Below are positions 48,634 through 57,695 of a stretch of 64,000 bases of DNA, in pieces. Source of the stretch: Candidatus Zambryskiibacteriota bacterium (GTDB lineage: Bacteria; Patescibacteriota; Minisyncoccia; Phycocordibacterales; WO2-35-19). Each line of letters opens with the position of its first letter. Position 1 is the stretch's first letter. The translations under genes were made by a program, and so were the position numbers. Location: positions 28,463 through 92,462 of the forward strand of contig JASNZL010000004.1 of NCBI GenBank assembly GCA_048499675.1. The letters run 5' to 3'. The notes under the pieces were generated by a model. That model was not told where the DNA came from. It was given only the letters and a program-made list of their open reading frames with translations, and did no database searches.

Positions 48634-51015
48634 ATGATTTATACAAAACATTTTAAAGAATTAAATAAGAACGATGCTAATATTGCTGGGGGCAAGGGAG
48701 CATCATTGGGGGAGATGACTCAGTCCGGCATACCGGTGCCCGAGGGCTTTGTTGTCTTATCAACTACATTTGACCATTTCCTCAAAGAAACTGATCTTGT
48801 TCAAGAAATTGATGCGATTTTAAAAACTGTGGACCACAAAGCAATTCACACTGTAGATTCTGCTTCTGAAAAAATAAGGGGACTCATTGAAAGCAGAGAA
48901 GTGCCGGACGATATAGCAAAAGAAATAATGAGCGACTTTGAAAAGCTCGGTGCCGAATTTGTGGCGGTGAGATCATCGGCCACAGCCGAAGATGGTGCTG
49001 AACACGCTTGGGCAGGTCAGCTTGAAAGTTTTCTTAATACTGACAAAAATTCACTGTTGGACCATGTTCGCAAATGTTGGGGTTCACTATTCACTCCTCG
49101 CGCTATTTTTTACCGATTTGAAAAAGATTTGAGCGGGACAGAAATCTCTGTCGCTGTTGTTGTCCAAAAAATGATTCAATCTGAAGTTTCGGGTATTGCC
49201 TTCTCAGTTCACCCTATTACCGAAGACTACAATCAACTCATAATTGAAGCGGGGTATGGCTTGGGCGAAGCGATTGTCTCTGGCTCAATTACTCCTGACT
49301 CTTATGTGGTAGAAAAGGGGCCGTTGCAAATCATTGACCAAAATATTGCGGAGCAGAAGAAAGCTTTAGTAAAAGAAGGAGCGAGCAACAATTGGGTGAT
49401 GGTAGAAAAAGAAAAAAGAGAACAACAAAAGCTCTCGGGAAAAGAAATTACAGAGCTCTCAAAAATTATTATACAAATAGAAAAACATTATGGTTTCCCT
49501 TGTGACATAGAATGGGCTTTAGAGGGTGGCAAATTTTATATTGTCCAAAGTAGACCCATCACTACACTTGCTCCGAAAAAAGAATTAAAAACTTTAATAA
49601 ATACTGAAGACTATCATTTTTTTGGTCTATGGAAATGCAACCTTTTCTCTGATTGGTACTGGTCTAAATGGCTTGTTCCTGAATATGCTAAAAGAATTGG
49701 TCTCGATCTAAATGATAGCGGTATTTTTGTAATAAACGGAGGATATTTCTTCACAAAAAAATCTGTTATAGAAACAATCCGCGAGTACGCAAAAAATATT
49801 ATTGAGAGTAAGGATAAGGAAAAATTGGCTCTCCTTAGGAAACTAACAAATGAAATTTATGACACTTCTCTTGCTGTTTCAGAAAAAATAAGCGAGGCAG
49901 AGCCGAATGAAATAAATGTTAGAGAAATGGCTGAGTCGGGTCAGCAAATAATGTTTCCATGGTGTTTCGGGTATATTCTTTCTGAAGTTTTTGATGAATT
50001 TCTTATTCCTGCTGCAGACAAAGCTGGAATTAATAGAGAAGATATTTCTGCTCTTATTCCACCATTTAAAACTCCTCTTATTGAAGCCCAAGATAATTTA
50101 CGCTTAATAAAAAAAGTTTTGGAAGATAAGGGTCATTGGAATCTACTTCTTGAAGATTCCACCAAAGCTATTAATGAAATTCAGAAAGATGAGCAGGTGT
50201 CCAAATTGATTCAAGAGCATTCATTTAAATATGGATGGACTAATATTATGAACCTTGTAGGTGAGGACCCAAATATTGAGCAAGTTATTGATCAGATAAC
50301 CCACATTCCATCTCAACAAACTCATATCACAAACTCTGTAGCGGACGAAGATTTTGAATTTCTAATTCAATGTGCTTCAACCACCGCATATCTCCGTCAA
50401 ACTGGTGTTGAATATTTCTCTATATACTCACGATACGCACAAAAACTTTTAGGATTAGCAGCAAATAAAATTGGTATTACTTACCGAGAACTTCTTGATC
50501 TCAATCTCAACGAAATTATTGATGGAGTTAATGGAAAAGATGTTAAAGAAATTGTAAAAAGACGAGCAAATGATAACTGGGCTATCTATTCAATGCTTAA
50601 CAACGAAGAGCCAGTTGTGTTTGATGACCCTGAAGTAATAAAACAGCTTGTTTCTGTAATGGTGCCAAAAGCCGAGGCTTCAGAAGATGGAACTATCAAG
50701 GGACAGATTGGTAATAAAGGATCAGGGAAAGGAAAAGTAAAAATTATTCTTTCTCTGGATGATTTTCACAAAATGGAACCTGGAGCCGTATTGGTTACTA
50801 CAATGACTACGCCAGATTACGTTCCGTTAATGCAAAAAGCTTCTGCAATTATTACTGATATTGGAGGTTTGCTTTGTCATGCGGCAATCATTTCCCGCGA
50901 GTTAAATATTCCTTGTGTGATTGGTACAAAATTTGCAACTCAACTCCTAAAAGATGATATGGAAGTGGAAGTGGATGCGGATAATGGAGTAGTTAAGATA
51001 TTAGCTAAAAATTAA
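48634..51015 (+). CDS. PEP synthase / rifampin-phosphotransferase-like dikinase (PPDK_N ATP-binding domain, central domain, and C-terminal phosphohistidine swivel domain), with no PEP-utilizers TIM-barrel
   Basis: The N-terminus NDANIAGGKGASLGEM...VAVRSSATAEDG is PPDK_N. The C-terminus AVLVTTMTTPDYVPLMQKASAIITDIGGLLCHAAIISRELNIPCVIGT is the swivel domain with the His. Confidence 0.75.
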   Translation: MIYTKHFKELNKNDANIAGGKGASLGEMTQSGIPVPEGFVVLSTTFDHFLKETDLVQEIDAILKTVDHKAIHTVDSASEKIRGLIESREVPDDIAKEIMSDFEKLGAEFVAVRSSATAEDGAEHAWAGQLESFLNTDKNSLLDHVRKCWGSLFTPRAIFYRFEKDLSGTEISVAVVVQKMIQSEVSGIAFSVHPITEDYNQLIIEAGYGLGEAIVSGSITPDSYVVEKGPLQIIDQNIAEQKKALVKEGASNNWVMVEKEKREQQKLSGKEITELSKIIIQIEKHYGFPCDIEWALEGGKFYIVQSRPITTLAPKKELKTLINTEDYHFFGLWKCNLFSDWYWSKWLVPEYAKRIGLDLNDSGIFVINGGYFFTKKSVIETIREYAKNIIESKDKEKLALLRKLTNEIYDTSLAVSEKISEAEPNEINVREMAESGQQIMFPWCFGYILSEVFDEFLIPAADKAGINREDISALIPPFKTPLIEAQDNLRLIKKVLEDKGHWNLLLEDSTKAINEIQKDEQVSKLIQEHSFKYGWTNIMNLVGEDPNIEQVIDQITHIPSQQTHITNSVADEDFEFLIQCASTTAYLRQTGVEYFSIYSRYAQKLLGLAANKIGITYRELLDLNLNEIIDGVNGKDVKEIVKRRANDNWAIYSMLNNEEPVVFDDPEVIKQLVSVMVPKAEASEDGTIKGQIGNKGSGKGKVKIILSLDDFHKMEPGAVLVTTMTTPDYVPLMQKASAIITDIGGLLCHAAIISRELNIPCVIGTKFATQLLKDDMEVEVDADNGVVKILAKN

Positions 51016-51017
51016 TT

Positions 51018-51815
51018 ATGGAAGGGTTAAATCAGGAAAATCAAGAGAGTAGAGAAAACGGTAAAAATGTTCATATTAAAACCCAATTTCTTAGACACGG
51101 AGAAAAAAGCTCATTTTATGGGGATTTGAGTGAAAAAGGAATTGAAGATGCTAAAAAGTATGGGAGAGAATTTCCGTCTTCAGAGGGTGGTGTAAAAGGA
51201 TTTCATAGTCATATAAAAAGGTCAAAAGATACATTAGAAAATATTATCCAGGAAGTAGAATCAGAGAAGAAATATAAATCCAGACCACGTAATGAACTGC
51301 TACTTAACGACCCAGGTGAAATATCTTGGTCGGAAGAATCAATAAAAAAATACAGAGAACTAACAGAAAGCCATAAAGGCGATGAGAATGCTGCTTTAGA
51401 CTGGTATTTATCTTATGGCGATAAAAGGCCTGATCAAGATACTATCTCGCCGAAAGAAGCGGCTACGAGAATAGCTCGCTTAATTGAGAAGTATACGCGC
51501 ATGGTTGCTCGCCTAAAAAGCAATTCATCTGTTGATTTTATACACGTATCACATTCTGGAACAATGGAACCATTCCTTCAACAAATTATAGGTGATGAAA
51601 TTGAAGAAAACCCCATAAACCCAGCTGGAAAAACTTTTCTTGAAAAACTTGGTGGAGTAATAAATTTTTTGGAAGGATTCCAGATTGATGTAAAAAGTGA
51701 TGAAAATGATAATATTATGGCCGAACTTACTTTTAGAGGGCGTAAATTCTCCATAGACCTAAAAAAATTGGAGGAAATAACATTCTACGATCGGGATGTT
51801 AATAATGATGAATGA
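51018..51815 (+). CDS. Histidine-phosphatase superfamily protein (PGM/SixA branch)
   Basis: FLRHGEKS is the RHG catalytic motif and VSHSGT is the second His. It overlaps the next gene by 4 nt (ATGA). Confidence 0.55.
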   Translation: MEGLNQENQESRENGKNVHIKTQFLRHGEKSSFYGDLSEKGIEDAKKYGREFPSSEGGVKGFHSHIKRSKDTLENIIQEVESEKKYKSRPRNELLLNDPGEISWSEESIKKYRELTESHKGDENAALDWYLSYGDKRPDQDTISPKEAATRIARLIEKYTRMVARLKSNSSVDFIHVSHSGTMEPFLQQIIGDEIEENPINPAGKTFLEKLGGVINFLEGFQIDVKSDENDNIMAELTFRGRKFSIDLKKLEEITFYDRDVNNDE

Positions 51816-52945
51816 CTATGAAAATTGAGGATATCAAAAAAGAAAATTGGCAGTATCTGGCAAGTAGAGAAATCCCAATTCTGTTTGGTTCATTGGTCAC
51901 TCAAAGTTATAAAGAAACTTTTCCCAAAACCGGAATAATTGGGATAGAGGCGGCACTAGGAACCGATATTATTAATTGTGGAAAATATTTAGTCTTTAGG
52001 TCATACAGAAAAGTATCTGCCCTCAATAAATCTACAGAATTTTTTGTAAAAACTTTTAAACACAATCCAGAAAGAGTTGATAATATCTTTAAATTAGCAG
52101 CGGCGGCAACGGATAGTGCAAATCATAATATTTCTAAATTATCCAAAATATCAGATTATTTAACAAAAAAAGACTTAAAGAGTTTTTACTTCTTATTTAG
52201 AGAAGCTTTCATATCATTTTTCCCATTGCAAGTATTTCCATTCTCGTTAGAGCAAGTATTAAATGGGGCAGGAGAAGTAGATTTAGTGAATCAATACAAG
52301 GATATTTTGGTTAAATGGAGAAGTGAAGTGCATGATACCGAAATAAAACTAGAAGATTTCTTGGGAATATTTTTAAATAAAGCAAAAGAACTCTTAAATA
52401 TAGATTTTAGATACTGGTCCGATAAAGAAGTGTTAGATTATTTCAATACTTCTGCTGTTGTCCCCGATACCACAATCAAAAACAGGAAAGAATACTCTGT
52501 GCTTGTTTTTGATACCAATTTGACACCTCCTTACCAAGTTATTGATGGTACAGATGCAGAAGAAATTTGTACTTTTATGGACGAACCAGTTAAAGAAAAA
52601 GTATTTGGAACAGAATTTAAAGGAAGGCCTGTATATCCCGGCCATGTTAAAGCAAACGTTTTTTTAATAAATAAAAAAGAAGATTTTAAAAATATCCCTG
52701 AAGAATCTGTAGTGGTCGCCCGCGTTATTGAAATGGACGATATCAGATGGATTAAATTAAAAAAAATTGCAGCAGCCATAACGGAGGAAGGTGGGCTTAC
52801 AACTCATATAGCAATTATGGGACGTGAACTTAAAATACCGACGATAGTAGGAGTTAAGGGTATCGTTGAATCAGTAAGAACAAATGATACATTGGATGTG
52901 GATTCTGAAAATGGGCTAATTAAAATTATCAATAAATTACAATAA
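51812..52945 (+). CDS. PEP-utilizing-enzyme swivel (phosphohistidine) domain protein with an uncharacterised N-terminal domain. Paralog of the C-terminal part of 48634-51015.
   Basis: The C-terminus SVVVARVIEMDDIRWIKLKKIAAAITEEGGLTTHIAIMGRELKIPTIVGV is a swivel domain. There is no ATP-binding domain. Confidence 0.6.
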   Translation: MTMKIEDIKKENWQYLASREIPILFGSLVTQSYKETFPKTGIIGIEAALGTDIINCGKYLVFRSYRKVSALNKSTEFFVKTFKHNPERVDNIFKLAAAATDSANHNISKLSKISDYLTKKDLKSFYFLFREAFISFFPLQVFPFSLEQVLNGAGEVDLVNQYKDILVKWRSEVHDTEIKLEDFLGIFLNKAKELLNIDFRYWSDKEVLDYFNTSAVVPDTTIKNRKEYSVLVFDTNLTPPYQVIDGTDAEEICTFMDEPVKEKVFGTEFKGRPVYPGHVKANVFLINKKEDFKNIPEESVVVARVIEMDDIRWIKLKKIAAAITEEGGLTTHIAIMGRELKIPTIVGVKGIVESVRTNDTLDVDSENGLIKIINKLQ

Positions 52946-52954
52946 TTTAAAATC

Positions 52955-53962
52955 ATGCAAACATATAAACAAGTTTATACAAGAGAAGTTTGTTTAATCG
53001 CCCTTGAAATTTGGGAGGAGCATCAGTTGCACCTTCTTAAAGAAGTTTTCGGAGATGTGCCACCACTTTCAATTTTTGACGTCTATGGAGGTGTAGGTAA
53101 AGTTTATTACCAAGAGGACACACAGGATATATGGTCCAATATTATCGCTAACAAAGCTAATAAAGATTTATCTTTTGTGCCTGAGCAGATGGAATTACTT
53201 GGCAAGAATGTAGATAGGCTTGAAAAAATTTGGCACCAAAAGAAGCTTTCTTCCAGAGAAGAAGTCGTCGATTTGTTTTCACTAGCCGCTTGGACTTGGG
53301 TTGGTGTTTCCGTCTCATATTTCCTGCCAGACATAAAAGATGTATCTCAAAAAGACCAGGATTTGGGCATGGCTTTACGAAATCGCACCTTAGACTTCCT
53401 TGAATTCACCGACCATGTTTTACAGGACACACTTAAAGATCTTTACCCTAATCTTGGCGATTTGGTCAAATATATATCAATTGATGAATTGAAGAGAAAT
53501 GAGATCCCAAATGAAGAAGTTTTGAAAGAAAGAGAGAAACATTACATTTATTACGATTTTAAGATTCACACTAACATAAGCATAGCTGAATTTTTGAAGG
53601 ATAATAATATTGAAATTAAAGAAGATGCTATTCCAGAAAATCTAAAAGAAATAAAAGGGCAAACCGCTATGGGCGGTAAAGTCACGGGTCCTGTTAGGAT
53701 TCTGCATAAAAAATCAGAGATTCCAGAATTACTAGATGGTGAAGTTTTGGTTGCTACAATGACTACTCCCGACTATCTACCGGCCATGAATAAAGCCATA
53801 GCCTTTGTAACTGACGAAGGAGGTGTAACTTGTCATGCTGCTATCGTGGCTAGAGAAATTGGTAAACCTTGTGTTATAGGAACAAAAATAGCAACAAAAG
53901 CACTCAAAACCGGTGATATAATAGAAATTGACGCTGATGCCGGTCTTATCAAAATTTTGTAG
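52955..53962 (+). CDS. PEP-utilizing-enzyme swivel (phosphohistidine) domain protein with an uncharacterised N-terminal domain. Second paralog.
   Basis: The C-terminus EVLVATMTTPDYLPAMNKAIAFVTDEGGVTCHAAIVAREIGKPCVIGT is a swivel domain. Confidence 0.6.
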   Translation: MQTYKQVYTREVCLIALEIWEEHQLHLLKEVFGDVPPLSIFDVYGGVGKVYYQEDTQDIWSNIIANKANKDLSFVPEQMELLGKNVDRLEKIWHQKKLSSREEVVDLFSLAAWTWVGVSVSYFLPDIKDVSQKDQDLGMALRNRTLDFLEFTDHVLQDTLKDLYPNLGDLVKYISIDELKRNEIPNEEVLKEREKHYIYYDFKIHTNISIAEFLKDNNIEIKEDAIPENLKEIKGQTAMGGKVTGPVRILHKKSEIPELLDGEVLVATMTTPDYLPAMNKAIAFVTDEGGVTCHAAIVAREIGKPCVIGTKIATKALKTGDIIEIDADAGLIKIL

Positions 53963-54183
53963 ACAAAAGACCGCTCCGAAGAGCAGTCTGTTTCTCACCT
54001 CCTTTCTGGTGAATTAAGCCTCTTGATTTACGACCGTGGCTTAGTTTGGGTCGGTTCTTTTTCATTGTCCTTGTTGTTGGGTTGCTCTGTCCGCGTTTGC
54101 GAAACAGGTTTTTGTTGGGGCCGATCCTTACGGATAACCCCCACAAATCGCAAGCCACCACGCGATCCGAATCCGGCCATGTT

Positions 54184-54381
54184 CTACCCCTTTCTTTTCT
54201 GTTCTGCTTGTCTCACCACTTCCTCGAGCGAGATGTCATTCGGAGTCCCTCCGGAAATCGAAACGAGGAATACGATGAAAATAGCAGCACCGACCCCCCA
54301 GTGGATGAAATAGCTAGCAGCCAAACAGGCAACAACCATCATCAGAGAAACGAGAAGGATAGATTTGTCTTTGGGTGTCAT
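54184..54381 (-). CDS. Small two-TM membrane protein in a GC-rich segment
   Basis: The 65 aa reads SILLVSLMMVVACLAASYFIHWGVGAAIFIVFLVSISGG. The overlapping + strand ORFs look non-protein-like. There is no clear RBS. Confidence 0.25.
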   Translation of the reverse strand: MTPKDKSILLVSLMMVVACLAASYFIHWGVGAAIFIVFLVSISGGTPNDISLEEVVRQAEQKRKG

Positions 54382-54419
54382 ATCTAAATACTATTATACA
54401 CAAAACTACCATTCTGTCA

Positions 54420-54774
54420 ATAGTAAAAAATTAATAAATTTATATAGTTTATCTCTGAAATTTAGGGTATTATGAGAGATACGGGTTCAAAAAACGAGAT
54501 ACGAAGTACGAGATAAGATAAAATTCTAAATACGAAACAAATTATAAATTCAAAATACAAATGTTCAAAAATAGATAATTTAACATGGAATTTGTGTTTT
54601 AAATAATAAGATTGGTAAACATTAGTAATTAATGAGTTAGAATTAAAAATTAAATCATTGAAAATTTATTGAAAATTCTAAATTGGAAATTGAAAATTTA
54701 TTAGCGAAATTAGCGTGCATTAGTGGATTGGTGGGTAGTGATTTTACACTTTGATATTTAAATTTTAAATTATT
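54420..54774. repeat. Repeat block (A, B, C, E, and D in reverse complement) preceding mraY
   Basis: aaacgagatacgaagtacgagataag, attctaaatacgaaacaaattataaattcaaaatacaaatgttcaaaa and the attgaaaatttattgaaaattctaaattggaaattgaaaattt motifs are present. Confidence 0.65.
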
Positions 54775-54804
54775 ATGATCGACATCGTAAAAGTATTTTT
54801 GCCG
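54775..54804 (+). repeat. Direct repeat 2: the first 30 nt of the mraY CDS, identical to 48528-48557
   Basis: Exact 30/30 match with copy 1. Confidence 0.85.
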
Positions 54805-55836
54805 GCAGTAGGGGCGTTTGCGCTCGGTGTTTTGATTACACCATTTCTCACAAACTTTTTATACAAACATAAATGCTGGAAAAAGAAGTCTGGCAAAACC
54901 GCACTAGATGGCAACGAAGCAAAAATATTTAATGAACTTCACAAAGAAAAAGAAGTAAACACTCCAAGAATGGGGGGCATTGTCATTTGGGCAAGCGCTT
55001 TTATTGTAATCGCTCTGGTCTGGATTATTTCTAACGTTTTCCCAACAGAGATAACTACCAAGCTTGATTTCCTATCAAGAAACCAAACGTGGATTCCTCT
55101 TGCGACACTTCTTTTTGGTTCAATTGTAGGACTAGTAGATGACTATTTGGAAGTCAGGGGACTTGAAAAAGGAGGACTTTCGCTCAAAAAAAGATTAGTT
55201 GCCGTAAGCTTGGTTACTCTTTCGGTTGCGTTTTGGTTTTACTTCAAACTTGATATAGACAGTATTGGGCTTCCATTTAAAGAAGAAGGTTTTTATTTGG
55301 GACCACTCTTTATAATTTTATTTTTGCTTACAGCACTATTTATTTACGCAGGAGGAGTAATAGATGGGATAGACGGTCTCGCTGGTGGAGTCTTTGCCAC
55401 AATGTTTGCTGCCTATGCTGGAATCGCATTTTATCAACAACAAATAGACCTCGCAGCTTTTTCGGCTACAGTCTCTGGTGGAATTTTGGCTTTTCTTTGG
55501 TTCAACATACCTCCGGCCAGATTTTATATGTCAGAAACTGGCTCAATGGGACTTACAATCACTCTTACAGTAGTAGCTTTTATGACAGACTCGCTTGGTA
55601 AGGGTTATGGATTTTTGGTCCTACCAATTATTGCTCTCCCACTTGTCATAACAGTTCTATCAAACATAATTCAAGTCTTATCAAAAAAAATAAGAGGCAA
55701 AAAAGTTTTTTTGGTGGCACCACTTCATCACCATTTTGAGGCAATTGGCTGGCCAGCATATAAAGTTACAATGAGATACTGGGTGTTCTCGACCATTTGT
55801 GCAATACTCGGCATATCGCTAGCACTTATTGGATAA
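54775..55836 (+). CDS. mraY: Phospho-N-acetylmuramoyl-pentapeptide transferase
   Basis: NTPRMGG and the GLVDDY (DD) motif are present, with a ten-TM profile. Confidence 0.9.
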   Translation: MIDIVKVFLPAVGAFALGVLITPFLTNFLYKHKCWKKKSGKTALDGNEAKIFNELHKEKEVNTPRMGGIVIWASAFIVIALVWIISNVFPTEITTKLDFLSRNQTWIPLATLLFGSIVGLVDDYLEVRGLEKGGLSLKKRLVAVSLVTLSVAFWFYFKLDIDSIGLPFKEEGFYLGPLFIILFLLTALFIYAGGVIDGIDGLAGGVFATMFAAYAGIAFYQQQIDLAAFSATVSGGILAFLWFNIPPARFYMSETGSMGLTITLTVVAFMTDSLGKGYGFLVLPIIALPLVITVLSNIIQVLSKKIRGKKVFLVAPLHHHFEAIGWPAYKVTMRYWVFSTICAILGISLALIG

Positions 55837-55860
55837 CGCGACACAAATAAACGATTATGG

Positions 55861-56030
55861 AAACGAGTTACGAAGTACGAGATACGAGTAACGATATATT
55901 TGAAATTAAAAATTGAAAGATTGAAAATTAAAATAAAAAACAAAAGTAACCCACCAATCACACGAATTTACACGAATCATAACGAATAAATATTAGTAAG
56001 ATTAGTATGCATTAGTAATTGGTGTGTTGT
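55861..56030. repeat. Repeat block (A, C, D, E) between mraY and ftsW
   Basis: aaacgagttacgaagtacgagatacgagtaacgat and gtaacccaccaatcacacgaatttacacgaatcataacgaataaa are present. Confidence 0.65.
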
Positions 56031-56044
56031 GGTAGAATAATAAA

Positions 56045-57151
56045 ATGAAAAAAACTGGAAAAATAAGTAGGCCTTTTTTGTTTTGGACAATTGTACTTGT
56101 TGTTTTTGGTTTTTTTATTTTTAGTTCAGCATCACTTGGAGTACTTGCAAGAAACGAAATAAAATTTGCAAACGTCGCCTTTAATCAAATATTTTTTGGA
56201 CTTTTTTTGGGCTCAATTGCTTGTATAATCTTTGCTCGCATTGATTACAAAATTTGGAAAAAATATGCATTTTATATTTTTATTGGCTCAATTGTTTTAA
56301 CCTTACTGGTATTTATTGACGCCCTAAGTCTCACACACGGCGGAGCAAGACGCTGGATAAATTTGAAATTTATATCTTTCCAACCATCTGAATTTTTAAA
56401 GATTGGATTTATTGCATATTTTTCTGCTTGGCTTAGTAGCATAAAAACAAAAGTAGAAACAATAAAATGGGGACTTTTTCCTTTCCTTTTATTTATGGGA
56501 ATTGTTGGTGGGATTCTGCTTGCTCAACCCGATACGGACACATTTGCTGTGATTATTTTTGCGTCCCTTGCAATATATATATCGGCTGGGGCTAGATGGA
56601 AACATATAGCGTCTATTGTTTTAATTGGTATTGCAATTATTACAATTTTGGCATTCACGAGACCTTATATTATGCAGAGAATACAAACAATGATTGATCC
56701 AAGCGCCAATGTTCAAACTACTGGATATCAATTGAGACAATCTCTTATTGCTGTTGGCTCTGGACAGATGTGGGGTAGGGGATTTGGTCAAAGTATTCAA
56801 AAATTTGAATATTTACCAGAGCCAATTGGTGATTCAGTTTTTGCTGTAGCAGCTGAGGAATTTGGTTTTGTGGGAGCAGTCACACTTATGTTCGTATTCG
56901 TAATGTTTGCACTTGAGGGAATAAAGATTGCAAACAGAGCACCTGATGATTTTGGGAAATATTTAACGCTCGGAATTATTGTAATGATAGTGTCGCAGGC
57001 TTTTTTGAATATCGGAGGTATGATAGGTGTTTTGCCACTAACGGGTATACCTCTGCCTTTTATAAGTCACGGTGGGACCGCTTTGTTTATAACCCTTATT
57101 GAAGTAGGTGTTATAATGAATGTGTCTAGGTCTGGAGGCACAAGAGGATAG
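56045..57151 (+). CDS. ftsW: SEDS-family peptidoglycan polymerase (FtsW/RodA)
   Basis: Ten TM helices. The conserved C-terminus PLTGIPLPFISHGGTALF is present. It lies between mraY and murG. Confidence 0.85.
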   Translation: MKKTGKISRPFLFWTIVLVVFGFFIFSSASLGVLARNEIKFANVAFNQIFFGLFLGSIACIIFARIDYKIWKKYAFYIFIGSIVLTLLVFIDALSLTHGGARRWINLKFISFQPSEFLKIGFIAYFSAWLSSIKTKVETIKWGLFPFLLFMGIVGGILLAQPDTDTFAVIIFASLAIYISAGARWKHIASIVLIGIAIITILAFTRPYIMQRIQTMIDPSANVQTTGYQLRQSLIAVGSGQMWGRGFGQSIQKFEYLPEPIGDSVFAVAAEEFGFVGAVTLMFVFVMFALEGIKIANRAPDDFGKYLTLGIIVMIVSQAFLNIGGMIGVLPLTGIPLPFISHGGTALFITLIEVGVIMNVSRSGGTRG

Positions 57152-57202
57152 CAGAATTTCCAATTTTCAATTTAAAATTTTCAATAAATTTTTAATTTAA
57201 AA

Positions 57203-57577
57203 ATGACTCAAACGGAGAAAAAATACGACTTGGAAGAAAGAACAGCTGTTTTTGGAGAATCAATTATAAAACTTTGTAGAAGTATAAAACAAGATAATAT
57301 AACTGCTCCAATAATAAACCAGCTCATCCGCTCTGGTACGAGCATCGGGGCAAATTATATGGAAGCAAATGGTGCAAGTTCAAAAAGGGATTTTGTAAAT
57401 AAGATTTTTATTTGTAAAAAAGAATCTCAAGAAACCAAACATTGGCTCCGTATGCTTTCTCTGAGTGTTACAGAGAACATTAAAGATGAATTAGAAAAAA
57501 TATCAAAAGAATGTCAGGAACTCGTGTTTATATTTCAGAAAATTGCTAGCACATCAAGAAACAATGAAAAAATATAG
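57203..57577 (+). CDS. Four-helix-bundle protein (TIGR02436, the family found in 23S rRNA intervening sequences)
   Basis: IGANYMEANGASSKRDF...ICKKESQETKHWLRML is the hallmark pattern of this family. It is inserted between ftsW and murG. Confidence 0.7.
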   Translation: MTQTEKKYDLEERTAVFGESIIKLCRSIKQDNITAPIINQLIRSGTSIGANYMEANGASSKRDFVNKIFICKKESQETKHWLRMLSLSVTENIKDELEKISKECQELVFIFQKIASTSRNNEKI

Positions 57578-57695
57578 CGAAAGAAGTTTTACAGGAATGT
57601 TATTAATTATGTTAAAATTTGGGTAATTAATTGAAAATTGAAACATTGTAAATTTAATGAAAATTCTAAATTATAAATTGAAAATTTAAAATAAT

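Noticed and set aside
54023-54387. Plus-strand ORFs of 96 and 113 aa in the GC-rich segment.
   Set aside because: They overlap each other and the more protein-like minus-strand two-TM ORF. Their translations are Arg/Ser/Pro-rich and look compositional.
53963-54400. Whether the GC-rich segment is a tmRNA, SRP RNA or RNase P RNA.
   Set aside because: No tRNA-like T-arm (GGTTCGAATCC-type), no SRP domain IV (GGAAGGAAGCAGC-type) and no RNase P P4 motifs could be found by eye on either strand. The question is left open for a covariance-model search.
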